From Strigamia acuminata (lineage: Eukaryota): a stretch of 64,000 nucleotides of DNA. The translations under genes and the position numbers were made by a program. The notes beneath the pieces are model-generated. The model was not told where the DNA came from and did no database searches. It worked only from the letters and a program-made list of their open reading frames with translations. Positions within the stretch are counted from its first letter, which is position 1. The number at the start of each line of letters is the position of its first letter. Location: the NCBI GenBank assembly GCA_949358305.1, contig OX442314.1, positions 31,682,001-31,746,000 on the forward strand. The letters run 5' to 3'. This document shows, piece by piece, positions 25,651 to 39,935 of the stretch.

Positions 25651-27010
25651 CAGAGGCGCCATCGGGTGGTTGCAACTGTCACTACGTTGTCTTACATTAA
25701 TACTGTTTTTCTCAACGCCTTATTCAATCTTGATAATGATCGTGAGAAATTTTTATGAAATTTTTTTTAAATCATTCTGAATTTTATAATATCTGTCTCA
25801 GAACAAGAGAAAAGACACTAAGGATTTGTCCTACCTTCACGGGGTTCCGTGTTTTTCCGCCTGTCAACCCCGTACTTATCGTTCTCACAAAGGAAGGCGT
25901 CGGTCGGTCGGTCGGTCGGTTCGTGAGTGTACTTCGTCATTTCTGATCGTGGTTTATTTCGGTAAATTTATGTCCTCAGATGGATAATTTTTCAACGTAA
26001 TGTTCTAAAGTAAGTTTGTTTAGCATTGCATGTGGTTTATTTTACTACTTTGTTGGAATTTCAGAACTTGTTTTTGTTATTCATTTCATTCCATCTGTTC
26101 GTCATATTTTAATATTTTAATTTTTTTTCATACATGCATTGATTGGTAATGGAATTGCTGGCGATTGCTGGACAAAATGTATTGCATTGTTCGAACAAAG
26201 TCAATGGTAAATAGAAAATTAGGGGGTGTAAAATCCAACTCTCAACCTTCACGCGGTCACCCCTGGAGAAACTGACGACTTGAACTAGTCCCAGTGGAAC
26301 CAAAAGAGAGCTCTGGTTACATGCAGCTGCTTACGTTTCGTCCTGCTTTCAATTGAAAAAATATATCTTGTGGTTGATATATTTTGTATTGTAAGCCCGC
26401 ATTCATCATCACAACTAACGTGGCATTTACATTTATTTGTATTGCAAGCCCACACACCCTTCACGATTGTGGCATTTACATTTATTTGTATTGTAAGCCT
26501 GCAAATCCTACAAGATTGTGGCATTTACATTTATTTGTATTGTAAGCCTGCAATCCTACATGTGGCATTTACATAATATTATCTACTTTATCCAATATTT
26601 TCTTCAGAAGATTCCTGAAATATTTGTGCAGGTGCTGTTGTTTTTGGTTCTTGATTCAATTTTTGAGATTGATTATTCTTGGATCTTGTTTTGTATCCAC
26701 TACAACTATTTTTCTCAATATTTGTTATTTGTTATTTCGTCATTTGTGTAAAATGGCAATTGTTCTATTTTACTATCTTGGCCCTCTGGTTTTGATTTGG
26801 TTTTCTACTCACATTATCGTTGGAAGGTTTATTACCTCTTGACTAGTTTCTGCTCCATTTCCCATTTTTGTTTTTTCCTAATGTTCAAACCGAAAATTGG
26901 TTTATCACATACTGCTGAATGGCCATTGGTTCCTGGTTCAGACTTTGGTATAATGATCTTGGCTATTGAAAAACGGCAAAAATTTCATACAAAACCCTGG
27001 TACATGAGTG
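25651..27010. repeat. interspersed repeat family copy 2
   Basis: Begins cagaggcgccatcgggtggttgcaactg, matching 55032. Confidence 0.85.
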
Positions 27011-27439
27011 CCACTGCCATTTCTTCTTTCCTTCCAGAGTAATTACTTCCTAGTAAAGTTTCAAACATAAATGCCATTGACAATTTTTGGATGTCCAATG
27101 GAATCTCATGTTCAGCGGGGTTGAACTCGGCTAGCATTTTTCGAGGAAATTTCCGATTAAAATTGGTGGAGCATCTCTTGTCTGGCTTTTCGACTTTGGT
27201 TGTCGCCTCCGTTGCTTTTTCGGTTTTTCTTGGGCATGCATGGAGTCAGAGGAGGCAATAAAGATTGCTTATTGTGCTTAAAGGTATAGATTCCCATACC
27301 CTCATCCCAGATGAAACTGATGACATGAACACTGTTTAATTTTGAGCAATTATTGCTGCAATTTGTGTAACTAAAAATAATGGTAATTTAATATTGGTTG
27401 TACAAAAAACGAGAGCAACATTTCAAATCTCTGCTGATT

Positions 27440-27860
27440 ATTTTTTGGTTGAACCCCTCCACATTGCCTGTCAAACATGTCCCACATACTGTAGGCTCAA
27501 TTGGATTTAAATCGGGGAATTGGGATGGCCAATCTAAAACACTCTGTTTTTGTTTTGTTTTAAATCACTCGTGGGCATCTTTATTTTTGGCAAATGGAAG
27601 GTCATTTAAAACGAATAAAACCCACAACGGTAATCAGGTTTTACAAAAAAAGAACGTTGTAAGAAGCTTTAGTGAAACACTAAAATTAAATACATTCCAA
27701 AATTAAGATAAAATAAATAAAGATTTTCTTGTATATCTTGTATGCCTTGTCCATTATGCCATCTAAGAAAAATATGACTCATTCCATCACGACTTTCCCC
27801 ACCATGCTTCACTGTTAGAAGTTTGTATTTTATATACAACCTCTTGTTTGTTGGACATAC
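27440..27860 (-). pseudogene. Tc1/mariner transposase fragments
   Basis: KHGG and WPSQFPDLNPIEPTVW. Confidence 0.75.
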
Positions 27861-28149
27861 TTCATCCCATCACTGCCAAACAGTTTAAGAAAAGTTCAAG
27901 TTTTAATTTTGAAATGAGTTTTGAAATACTCGGCGGCATCTCTCTTGGCTCTCTTTGAAACACCCTTTCATTTTCTCTTCTAAATTGACAGTCCACTTGT
28001 AATCTCAAAACAAACTGGGTGCAAGTATTTAGAAGAGACAACACAAACTCCAAACCATTGAGGCAAACATCGTGAGTGTTATGATTCTTTGCTCTCGACT
28101 TCCTTCTGTAGTATTTTATTTTTTTTCAATTTGTTATGTTTGTTGCTGC

Positions 28150-29100
28150 TTGTCTTGATGCAAGCCTTGCAAGCTTTAATAGCTTGCAGAATGCCAAGCA
28201 GAATGCCACATTGAAACTGAAGCATTGATTTGCATTTCTTAAAACCGGGTATAAAACATGAAGTGGTTCATTTTTTAACACTTTTTCTGAAAACAATTGG
28301 CTGCATTCCTAGCTCTCTGCCTATCACTTTCTTGCAATTTCTTACCTATGGTAATTAAGTGGAATCTGTTAACCTCTAGATGACTAGTGGATAGTTGCTG
28401 ACCCAAATGGACAGTGGAAGCTTTGTCCATATTATTTATAGCTGTGAGGAATTAATTATTCCTGGATAAATGCTTAAATATAAACCTGTCTTATATAAAG
28501 TTATTTAAAGAATTAATATGCAAATTTAATTCTATGAATATATTATACACAACAAAGTAAAAATAAATTAAATCAATGTGCTTTAATTAAATATTCATGA
28601 AAATAACTTAACAAATACAAAGACTATTCTATAAAGCATAAATGACATTCAAATCAATTTATCCTAACATGAAAACAAGTTAAATTATCAGCTATAAAGT
28701 GGGAAAACATAGGTAAAAATAACAAAGTTATTCTAAGTTTAAAGAGAAAATATTCTAAGTTTTTTTAAAGCTTAAACATATTTTAAGTTAAATTCTTAAG
28801 CCTAACACTTAATAAATAAGTTAGGCAAAAATATCAAAGCAATATAATGGGCAAGAGGACCAAACACTACAGAGTTCTGTAATTTACAAGTTTTTTCTAG
28901 TAATTCTATGATTGAAAATAATACTCTGCACTTCTTTGTTACAGCAACTGCAGTGTCAAATTGAAAATAAATTGGCCGCTTCCAATGGCCACACAGTCCT
29001 CTCACTATTGCCTCGTGAATGTTAGAATGAGGTCCCAAGATTTGATTTTTTTTATCGTATTGAATTCGCCGATCAATGATCATTTTTTCGAAAAAGATAA
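28150..29100 (-). pseudogene. P-element-type transposase fragments
   Basis: YDKKNQILGPHSNIHEAIVRGLCGHWKRPIYFQFD. Confidence 0.75.
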
Positions 29101-30012
29101 CGCTGTATCTCAAATCGCTTAAAAGCTTGTTTTTTAAAATGTCTGTCACTCCATCCAAGATGGCAGGTCGACAAATGAAATTTGCAGTCCAGCATGCAAT
29201 GTGGACTTGGGAGACATTTGTCATTTATTGTTTACCGGACTGCTATTCTTCCTATTTGCATAAAAACTTAAACCTAATTCCTGTCTTGGGGCAAAATGGT
29301 CGATTTAGACAGCTCTTCAGTCATTCTTGCAATAAATCTGGACTGCAATTGGACATTTTGCAAGCTTCAAAACAATTCTCTCATAAATTGTAGATGCTAG
29401 ATGCAAATGTGTGGCAGACTCTCCTTTATAAACTTGTATGTTGCTTCTTGCCTGATCAGCATCTGCATAGGCATTTAACAGTCCTCCTTCATCCTAACAA
29501 GTCCATAATTTCTTTTGCCATTTAAATATCTCATTATCTCGGATATTTAGAGTGGCATCTTTCATCACATCCTCTATTTCACAAATTTTTTCATCAAAAT
29601 CGACAATGTACGCTCGGACTTGTCCATCAAAGGTACTTTCGTCAAGGTAATAAGGACGAGGTTCAATGTTCTCAAAATCATCATATTCGTGGCATTTCGT
29701 CAAGAGTTGTTCCAAACTGATGTTTATCTATTTTCTCTTTTTCCTCTTAAAAACTCAACGTATTTCTTGACTTTGTATCTATTCGTCTTAAGCACGGAAC
29801 GAATCTAAATGGGATTCATTTTTTAAAAAAAAATTGGTTGAGAATGAAACATACTTTCAGTTATTTATATAGCTGAATAAACTTTGACCGGCTGAATAAA
29901 CGATTTCATTCATCCCAGCTTCCAACAATTATCAAAAGAAAATTTTTCGAAACATAGAAATAATTAACTTTGCAAAACAAAATAAAATTAAACAAAATTA
30001 AACATAAATCCA

Positions 30013-30677
30013 TTATTCGTTTTCAACAAATGGTTCCAGTTTGTTGTGGATTATCTCGTAACCAAATCTCGCACAAATCTTTTCTGCCTCTGCTAACAAC
30101 ATAAGATTTCTGTCGAGGTAACGACGGGCAAAATACATTATAACCGGTCCACAAGAGTCTGTGTCTAGTTGAGCCATCTTTGGCGGGTCCCAACGTTCAT
30201 GTGCTGGTACATAGATTTCTGAAGCGGTTAGGTTTGTAAGAATTTGTAACCAAAGTTCCTCATGGATTTCTTTAGAAATCGGCCCCGATGGGTCATACAA
30301 AATCAAGTTGTTCAGTGTTCGAGATATATCAATGGTAAATATCATCCAATGGTCCTTATGGTGGTACAGGGAAGAACCAAATTCTGTGCTGGAGTCCTGG
30401 GATGAGAACTCCTGATCCAATCTTTGGATCCCATCCTGTTAGGAGACATCAGTAACTGTACTAGTGACGAGGGAAAAACTAAACAAGTTTCAGTATGTTG
30501 ATTGGATCAGCACAAAGTAGAAATCTATGATTGTGTCATGGACCCAGGCGTCTCTTCCAGTTTTTAATGTGATGAGCGGCTCAAGTTGATACGTTGATCG
30601 GGACGGTCTATACTCGTGACAGTATGCTCCCCCTCGTGGCTTCCCTTTTTCTCCTGTTTTTCATCAACTCGTCCATT
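30013..30677 (-). pseudogene. Ulp1/C48-like cysteine protease, disrupted
   Basis: WVHDTIIDFY, DHW, LYDP and QLDTDSCGP catalytic motifs. Confidence 0.8.
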
Positions 30678-32249
30678 TTCGCTGTTTTGGTTTGTTTTCT
30701 TGAAATTTCCCAGGTTTCGGCACCATATAGTTACACACGTAACTTAATTCTTAAATATTGAAATTCACAAAACTTAACTTGAAAAACAGTGGATGGAGTC
30801 AGAATCAACTAAAACTTTGTAGAGCCAAGAAAACATGACTGCATGAGTTACATTTACAAAAAGAAATGAAATTTTATTTTTATGACTGCAATAAAAGAAA
30901 GAGGAGTTTTTCCTCTCCAAAAGCAAGCACAGAAAATGTGGGTCACAGATGTGTTGCGAACAGATGGAGTTTTCAAAATAACAGTAGTGGAAAACCTTGT
31001 GCTCATTGAATTTTTCCTAGTAAAGGAGGAATTGTTTTTAGTTTACTTCAATTTTCGTTATTATTGAGTTTAACACATATCTGATGGTTTTCCTGTTGTT
31101 TATTTGCATTACTGGATCAATTTGGTGTGATTTCATTTTCAAGGCGACGTGGCAAGCATTTCCTATGCAGTTTCACAGCAGAAGTGAACTGGAAGTGGAA
31201 AATGTCAAAAACACTTAGAAATGGGTTTTAAAAGGTTTAAATAATTTATTCCTGTACTTGCTTACCTTCTTTACACTCTTGAGACTTGTTTGGGTCTTTA
31301 GTAGTTGGTTTAGCAGCTGTAGAAATTATTTTTGGTCTCATCATTAGGTGTTGACTAAGTTCACATTTCTCCAAGCCCACATAGCTTGCTTAGGACCTGT
31401 TTAGGTTAGGAATCTAATGTTAAACACTTGCAAGGTGGTATTAAAATATGTACTATCTGTATTTGGTCATAATCTGGGCTGGAAGTTATCCTAATCAACC
31501 TGTTTGTGTCTCCTGTGATGAGAAACACTCCATGGACGCCATTTTGGTTACTCCTGACCTGTTATCTGTATTTAGTTATAATATACTGTTAAAAATATTG
31601 ATTTGACTTATTGATAAATTATAATTAATATAACAGATAATTTTACTGTATTTCTTGTATTTTTCTGATGTTGCTTAAATTATTACTTGTTATGTACTGC
31701 ACATATTGGAAAGAAGTTCTCTCATTGGTTGGTTTGTTCTTAAGCCTATTTTTACTGTTAAAAGTACTCATGTTATTCATCTAGGTTTATGGTTTATATA
31801 ATTGGACATCAGTGATCCTTTTTATGTACCTTGTCATGAGATATTTGTGAGTTTCTTTCTGTTTTCCTCTCTGGAATTTTCAAGGAAATTTGTACAGTAG
31901 TCTAAGAGGGTCATTTGCTCTATTAATAACTGTAATGTATAGTAACCCACAAGTGCTCATGTAAGTTTTCTCATGTTAATTTAATTGTTTGAAGCACTCT
32001 CAATTGTTATAAGAAGTACTTCTAGTTTGTTAAACTTGTAAAGCAGAGTTCTTATTCATACACCATGAATAAAAGACTTGTTTTTGTTACTCCTTGTTGA
32101 TTCCTTCAAATCATGTTAGAGGAGTAAGAACACAGTTTCCCCCCTGTGACCCTGAATGCTACCCAATCCTGATCAACTTACCATGTACACTGCAGACAAA
32201 ATTTTGGTAAAATGTTCTTGCTTATTTGAAATGATGAAACAGACCTGAA

Positions 32250-33910
32250 AGCCTTCATTCTTGTCATCCAACACTAAAATTATTGTTAGGGGAAACTCTA
32301 TGCATTTGTTCCATGTGTTGAATCCAGGCACACGTACAATATTGTTACGAATTTTTTTAAGATAATTCTTGTGCGTAATTCTTCATTAGGACCATTATTC
32401 ACATAAGTAAGCGGTCTAGAATTTACCACCGCCTCTACTGTACCTCTGTATCAACACAGTCATAAGACTTTTGACAGATCTCACTAACCTCTTCCAAAAC
32501 TCATCCCATCATGGTGCTGTTTCTACAATAAATCTTCACGAAATTCGATTTTCATTTAAAAATCTCAAAACTTCTTCTGCATTCACATTCTCGAAAAGTA
32601 TCTCCAATTCCTTGTCGGTTCGTTTAAATGTTTTGGCATTGTCTGATACATGGTGTTTAGCACACCTCGACGTCCAACAAATCGCTTCATTACGTCAATA
32701 AATCGTTCAATTTTATTGTGGTCATCGTAGAGGAAACCCGAAAAATCGATACCGCACAATGAAAATGGCCCCGTCGATTGGTAACAACTTACAAAACATT
32801 TTTTCTATTAATATTAAACTCGAACCCGTGCAGAGAAAAAGTTGTTTCAAGATAAGCTCTCAAAAAAGATCAATTATTTCAAATTCGTTATGCTTAAAGT
32901 TTTATAAAAATTGTATCATTTACTAAATACATCGATTTCAGTACCTGTACTCGAGTACGATCGGTGAGCCAATCATAATTGTCGTTAATAGCAAACATAT
33001 TTCGGATTTAATGTGCACCGTTTTCGCCCTACTGCTCTTTAGCTAGTCGCCCTTGCGCTCGTTGACACTTCATATAACGACTCGAAATGCTTTTTATCGT
33101 TTTCCTGGCTCGGATGATGAAAAAACGATCCCGAAAATTGCTTAATGTCTCGGTTAAGCCGCCATGATTTGTACGTTCACGTTTCCCTGAAATTATCAAT
33201 TTTACTAAAGTCGAATCATGTGGATAAATATACGGTTCACGAAAGTTTCTGTCCAAATGTGCTAATGTCCATCTTGTGGTGAAACGCATCAGACCCTCTT
33301 TGTCCAAGTTTGGGCACAAATCCAGTAATCTTGACGATTTTCTGCATGACTCTAATCCAATATTGTTCAGCTCTCTTCATCTCTTCCAAATAGAACTCAT
33401 CTTTGCCTTGGACACAAATCGAAAAATCCATGTCGACACTTTTAGTAATCGCCTCCACGTGCTATATCTGGTGAGTGAAATTATTGGTTCAAAAGAAATT
33501 ATTGTATTCACGACGACTTACTCGTCGTATTCTTTCACATCGACGATTTCGACATCTTCTGTTCGCCATTCGCTTTCCGCTCGTTTTAACCACGCAGGTC
33601 AAATGGGGGTTCAACTGTTTCGTCCATCCTCACACCTCGTATGACTAAGTCGGCAATATTTTCGATTCCTGGGCAATGTCGCCAGCATTTTTTGTCCACT
33701 GTCTCTCCAATCTCCTTAATTCGATTGAAAACGAAGGTCACCGGTTGATTTCTGGTGTCCCGAACCCAATGTAGGACGATTTTTGAATCTGTCCTTTAAA
33801 CAAAATTGTCGCAATCCAAAGTTGTCTGTAAGGTCGTCAATAATCGAGCTGCTATCAATGCGCCCATCAACTCCAATTTTGGCAATGTCAATTCTTTCAC
33901 AGGTGCGACA
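32250..33910 (-). pseudogene. BEL/Pao pol remnant (RNase H-like region and integrase)
   Basis: LPKLELMGALIAARL; DSKIVLHW; WRHCPG; HGGLTETL; SDNAKTF. Confidence 0.88.
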
Positions 33911-33914
33911 TGGT

Positions 33915-34420
33915 TAGGAGAAACTAAATTTTGCATTAGTATTACGTACGTGCCCTGTTTAGACATGCTTCTACAACAGTTATTGATTTTTTAGTGAATG
34001 GACACTTTATTTCCACAGTACCAAATTTGTGTATGGAACTGTGATCAGTGACTAATCGGTCAGGTGATGCAGCCAAATATGGCTCATTAGGATGTATAAA
34101 CAAGCCATATTCGAAAAATTCCACTTGGCTCTCTTTTAATTTGTGGTAGTCGATATACCTGGCTACTGCAACTGGTTCCATTGTTCTACCGTATAATAAA
34201 GCACTTGGAAATTTTTCCATAAAAGGAAGCAGTCAATCTATTGCAACCACTCCTGATTATCAGATTGTCCCCGGGTCTCTTTTTCGTTTTTCATAACTTC
34301 ATCAGACAAAATAGGGTATTTGTCAATGATCAGTTTGCCGATCTCAAGCTGAAATGTTTCCGAAGTTATGTTAGTCACTGTATTACCTGTAACTGGTCTC
34401 AAAGGAGGGGATCCTGAAAA
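33915..34420 (-). pseudogene. YqaJ-like (lambda exonuclease fold) nuclease fragment
   Basis: ETRGQSDNQEW; YGRTMEP; GLFIHPNEPYLAASPD; EIKCP. Confidence 0.88.
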
Positions 34421-36495
34421 ACACAAACATTGTTTAAAGTTGAAATTTAATAATTTAATTTTGCTTACCATCCAATAAATCATTTGTTTATATGTTATTC
34501 AACTAGTTTTCACTATTGCCTTTTTCACTATTGCCTTTTTCACTATTGCCTTCGTCTACTAGCGCCAGCTATTGATTGTTGGCAATAGTTGTCTCCAAAT
34601 TGTCTGTGAATAATATACTATACAGATTAGTTGCTAAGATATGTTATGCAGGGACTAGAAAAAACATTTATTTTGGGGCTGGATGGGACGGGAATGGGAA
34701 CAATTAGAAAATAATTGGAAATGCGTTTTGTGACGTGTAAAGTTGTGCACTGCTATTTTCACTTCAGTAATGCGGTCCGAAGATACGTCAATTCAAATGT
34801 GTTCCGTCTTTCGTTTTCTTTTTCCAGAATGGATCATTGAACCTTCTTGGAATCAACTGGGTCCACAGACTTATTTGTCGATGCTGCTTCCTGCAACACC
34901 TTTGACTGTGTATTGACTTGCTCGGATTATTTTGTCATCTCGATGGCCTTCGACAATGTCATCCAACCGCTGCCCTTTCATTGATATTCGACACTGGACT
35001 TGTTCATTAGAAGTGGATTTCTCGACTTTAATAACAGTTTTGATGGTTAATTAATATAGGGTTTAAATACGAAATAAACTAAGCTAGCGTAACTCTTTAT
35101 TACTTTTTTGGATTTCTTTCGGGAAACCATCTTTTATGCCGATAAAAGTATATCTTTAAGGAAGAAAATCGTTATTAAAATTAATTTTTTACGGATTTCA
35201 GGCTAAACTATGAAATATTTGAATGGAATGAATTTACCAAGAGTCTTCAACAAGACTTTGCCACATGCCATATTGCCATACAACCATGGAAATAATTTAA
35301 TTACTGCATGAGACATCACCGGTTTCGGTGATCAGAATTGGCCCCTTTTGTTTGTACGCCTCTTTGGGGGACTAATTATTAAGAAAGTTAACAAGAATTT
35401 TCTTTTTCACACACTTTTTCACATCCTAATTAACTTGCAGATGCAGGATTAAAAATATCTCTTGGTGTTGTTCTTTATGTACTCTCTGCTTCTCAGCAGA
35501 ATTCAATGGACATCAATGTACTACATCTCTTTATTTTTAATGTACCTACACAATTAGTCTAATATGAAAATATGAAAACAGTTAAATGCTATAGTTATTT
35601 ATTTATTTACAAAAAAACTGAAAAATCAAAAAGAAATGCTAAAGGAAACGAATAAAAATGCTCAAAAAGCGTACAACAATTCTCAGAAAGTGTACAAAAA
35701 TTCAACAAAAGTGTACAAAAATTCAACAAAAGTAGTGAAAAATCTACAAAAGTAAAATAAACATGATGATGAATGATGAAAAGTCACCTAAAATGATCAA
35801 GATGCCAGGTATTGCACTGAAACCGCTGAGACTTATACAGTATATTATTATTATTATTATTAAACTCTTACAAGGAATAAAAAATTAATCTTGTGAAAAT
35901 AGTCTTGCTTAGATGACATGTTTCAACTTGCTTAGCCAAGTCGTCTGCAATTTGCCACCTCCTATCACGTCGTCTGCAAAACGCAATGAAATGTCCACTT
36001 TTTTCCTGGATCACCCCTCTCAAGTGAAAACTAAATAGAATTTAAAGATTGCTTAGTTTTGCAAACAAACCGTTGTTAGTGAGTTACCATTTAGCATCAA
36101 TTGTTATTACTATTGGAATAACATCTAACTTCACTGCTACAGAATCATCAAAGCCACTAACTGTTGTGTTTGTATTTGTTTTTCCCAAATATTATTTCTG
36201 TATGGTGGAAAGGTCCCACTTAATGTTATAAACGCATTTTGATTCTCACAGATGCAGTGTAAAACTTTATCAATTTGTTTTTCTTTGGTTTCTCCTAAAG
36301 TGTTCTAAATTGTTGGATCTTTAGGCATTTTGTAGATTTGTCACTTTTTGGTAGATTTTCACAATTTTGGACAATTTTTTACTATTTCTGCTAAATCTTT
36401 GGGCTGTGTATGAGCAGTGAAAGAAACTAAATGTGCTGTATTTCAAGGAGACTTATATACAAGTCAGTGAGAAAAGGAGTTTGGGTCACCCCTAA

Positions 36496-37280
36496 CACGA
36501 ACGAAAAGGCCATGAATGCAATTGTACAATCGCTATCTCCAGAACAAACTGTTTATGTTATAAACGCGAAAACAACGAGACAGTATTGGGAAAAATTGGA
36601 GGAGGTCCATCTAGGCAGGGCGAGGCAGCGGCAAATAGAATTATTTTAGAAGGAGTACGTGCCATGACTTTTGATAACGATTTCTTGACTATCTTTGGGT
36701 GGAACTGGCTGTAACCATTACATATCTTAAGAATTGCTTTCTACATGCAACCCTGGGCAATCGAACACCTTACAATGTTTTTTACGGTAGAAAAGTGTCC
36801 GTAAGACACTTAAGGTGCATTGGAGCCGAGACGTACAGTATGTGCATATTCCGGCACAATCGCATAACAGCAAATTGGAATCAAAAGTTTGGGCCGGACA
36901 ATAACAGAGGATATAATCTGGGACAAGAAAAACAAACTTGTTATTGTATCCAAGCTTGAGAAAATATTAGAACGAGGGAGATGAGATCTGTCAACAAAGA
37001 TTTCAAATAAATCAACTTGTCAATAGTGCTTAATTCCGTATTTTATGTGGAAAACTTCTTTCTAAAACTGCCATTGTTCCAATTGTCCATTGAATGAATT
37101 TATTTTCAGTTGTGTCAGTTTCGGTTTCTGCTGAACTGGTTGGGCTGGTTGGGTGTGGTATTCAATCATCCCGGTTTTTAATTTCGTCCAGTGTCCTGTT
37201 TGCCTTTATTTTCCATCTCGTGGCCTTTTGTTGGTAGTCTTCGCACACAGTTGCATCTTTAGCCAGCTCCGTCTCGTCCG
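36496..37280 (+). repeat. duplicated chimeric segment (deleted Copia on plus, BEL gag piece on minus); copy of 42344-43110
   Basis: High nucleotide identity; YLKN...NRTPY..FYGRKVSVRHLR. Confidence 0.85.
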
Positions 37281-37447
37281 TGATGAGCTCTTGCACGTGT
37301 GATGTACACCCCGACCGAGCGATGACGGGTGTATCACGGGAACATTATTCTTCAGAATGTCCAAAACATTAGTTTCTCAAAACATTAACAAAAGTTTAAT
37401 AATTAAGAAAGCAACAATATGTACAATAAGTGTAAGATAAAAATAGC

Positions 37448-38060
37448 TTAAAAATAAAGCCTACTATACATTTGGTTATCGCGCATATGCGCTAATTTCT
37501 GAAATGAGCTGGCCATAGGTGCATTTACCATTGTCAGAACCTTTTCTGAAAATTCCATCAGTCCCCTACGAAATTGGTGGTCGGCTGCAAAGTTGCAGAC
37601 CTTATTTGGTAGACGACTTATTAATTCTTCAGTTCTAAGTAAATACGACCGAAGATCTTCGCCTAACATCTGCTGAAGATTATCCCAACAATTCACCAAA
37701 GTCGCTTGAGATTCGCCATACTCCTTCATGAACTCCCTAACAAACGCATCCCAGTGTGGGAACGAATGTTCGTAGAACCAGTTCGCGGCTCCACCTGTTA
37801 ACATCTTAGGAATTATCTTCTTAAGAGTGTCGTAGGGGTCCGCTTTGTGACATCTTACTATCTGCATTACATCATCCAGAAATTGTGTGCCTGCCCGCCA
37901 ACTGCCATCGAACATATCGGGAGTTATGGGGTCTCATTTAATTTGAGATGTTGGAGCAAAAGTATGCGTCCAATTGGCTACGCAATACTTCCGAATTTGT
38001 TTCTGCAGAACTTCTTCCATCTCTTGTTTTCTTATTTACCTGTTCCAGCTTTTAGTGGCT
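37448..38060 (-). pseudogene. Gypsy-type gag capsid fragment
   Basis: FDG..FL..LTGGAANWF..WDAFVREFMKEY..LQQ..GEDLRSY. Confidence 0.85.
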
Positions 38061-38187
38061 GTCGAATTATCTTGCCAGTTTTTGCGTGAGAGCTGTCGCA
38101 CACATCAAAAAGTTTATCACAAACGTTTTTAAATTGAGCTGTGTGGGATTTAGATTCTGGTAACTTTCCTATAAATTAAGTTTAACT

Positions 38188-39935
38188 TTAATTGTTATTT
38201 TTATTTTTTTTCATTATTTTAGATTCGTATTCAATATTACCTTGGGAGATGTAAAACATCATACCAGCATAAACCGAGTGACTAAGAATCTGGGTGGCAA
38301 TTTTTACCTTCATTCTTGTGAATGGAGGTGGATTCACATGAGCATTAGTTAATTTTGGTGCTGCTTGCAATGGTGAGCTCTGGTCAATTTTAAAAAATTC
38401 TGCTAGAGCACTCCATTTGGCTACTTTTTTGTCACTGTCAAATTCGATGTCATGGTTTAACATGCAATTTCGGATGTTCTTAATCAAGTGCGGAACATCG
38501 AACAGGCAATAAATTTTGTTATTTTCTAATTCAATGTATAGATGTCCAGTTGTCACTTGAAATTCTTCTTTCCTCAATTTTAAGTTGTTGGCACCTTGGT
38601 CGCAAACAACTGCCTTCACTGTCAACCCAGATTTTTTTAGCAGCTGCAGAATTTCTAAAATCAGCTTTTTTAATTTTGAACTGTCAGCACCCTGACAAGT
38701 GAAAGCGTACGCAATTGCCTGTTTCCAATTTGCACTGATTCCTCGTAGCATGAAGACTAGTGCATGCTTACACACTTTGCCTGTGCCTTCATCAGTACCA
38801 TAATCTTCAAATCCTTGCAAGTTGTCACGAGCTGCATTATATCTAATGTTCAATTTCAATGACATTTCATCAAATAAAAGGGCACAAACTCTGTCCTTCT
38901 CATCCAGAGTGCTAATTTTTTTTCTCAATATTTTCAGGAGGTCCGTGTTCAATCCCAGTGTCACATCTATCCCTTCCACCCATCTTTGCAGAGTGCGCAG
39001 TGAGGGAACATCAAAGATGGTTTTGATAAACCGGAATGCTTTGGGGCTGGTGTAATGCCACGTCACTGCCAATTTGTCACTTGACGTCCATCTGCGGCCA
39101 TTTCTTTTCTTATCTGCGCATGCCAATTGGCTTTTTAACCCTCAGATGGGCAACTCTATTTGGGTGCAACACTCTTCTTGAATAGGAAAACTTTTTTTTG
39201 GTTTAATATAATTTTCTGAAAATTTCTGACTTTGTTCACACAACGATAATGTTTGTTTCCAAAAAAATTTGGAGTGTTCTGTACGTTATTTATTTATTTT
39301 GGAACATCAGCCATATCACCTTGGTTTGGAACATCAGCCATATCACCTTGGTTTGGAACATCTTGAATTTGGATATTGTTTGCAGATGAAAGTTATGTTT
39401 GAAGTTATAAATAAATTATTTTTTTTTACGAATTTCTTACTGCTTTCTTTTCTTTACTTTGCTGGTTTGTTTACAACTGTTTGTGCCCTTCGTTTGGCTT
39501 TTTCAGCTCTGTCAGAGTCCAAATTTAACAACTTTGGAGCATTAGGAATTTTAAATATGGTTGGCTCAGCGTTGTGGATTAATCTGTTTTTTTTTTTCCC
39601 GGTTCATAAACTGTGAGAGTTCAAAGTGCTCAGCACACAACACCATGCCTTTTTTGTTCAGAGTTGAAATATTTATACCGCTTAGATCTTGTCTTTTGCT
39701 GTTTCCCAGCCAGCGTTTACATCTGTCTTAAAAAAATTGTATGTATGTAATGAAAATATTTATTACAGATTTAAATTTATTAATAAAAAAAAACACTTTT
39801 AAGAATAAATACATTTCTGCATTAAATTACCTTTCTTCATCTTTAGGGAACCTAAAAAAGGATAAATTTGTATTTTTTCCTCTGTTGTTATTGCACTCAA
39901 GTGCACTGCAATGCTCCCCTTTGCTAATTTTCATG
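38188..39935 (-). mobile_element. P-element-like THAP transposase (THAP domain plus catalytic N-half), intron-containing, frameshifted and truncated
   Basis: CSALEC..FFRFPKD..W..LCAEHF..AEPT; FDEM; WKQAIAY; CDQG; FDVPHLIKNIRN. Confidence 0.92.

Noticed and set aside
27060..27360. Helitron Rep fragment
   Set aside because: Only a weak PCM..CS..F resemblance; insufficient to call
37448..37915. Domesticated Arc-like gag gene
   Set aside because: Upstream frameshift/stop and TE-fragment context indicate a remnant
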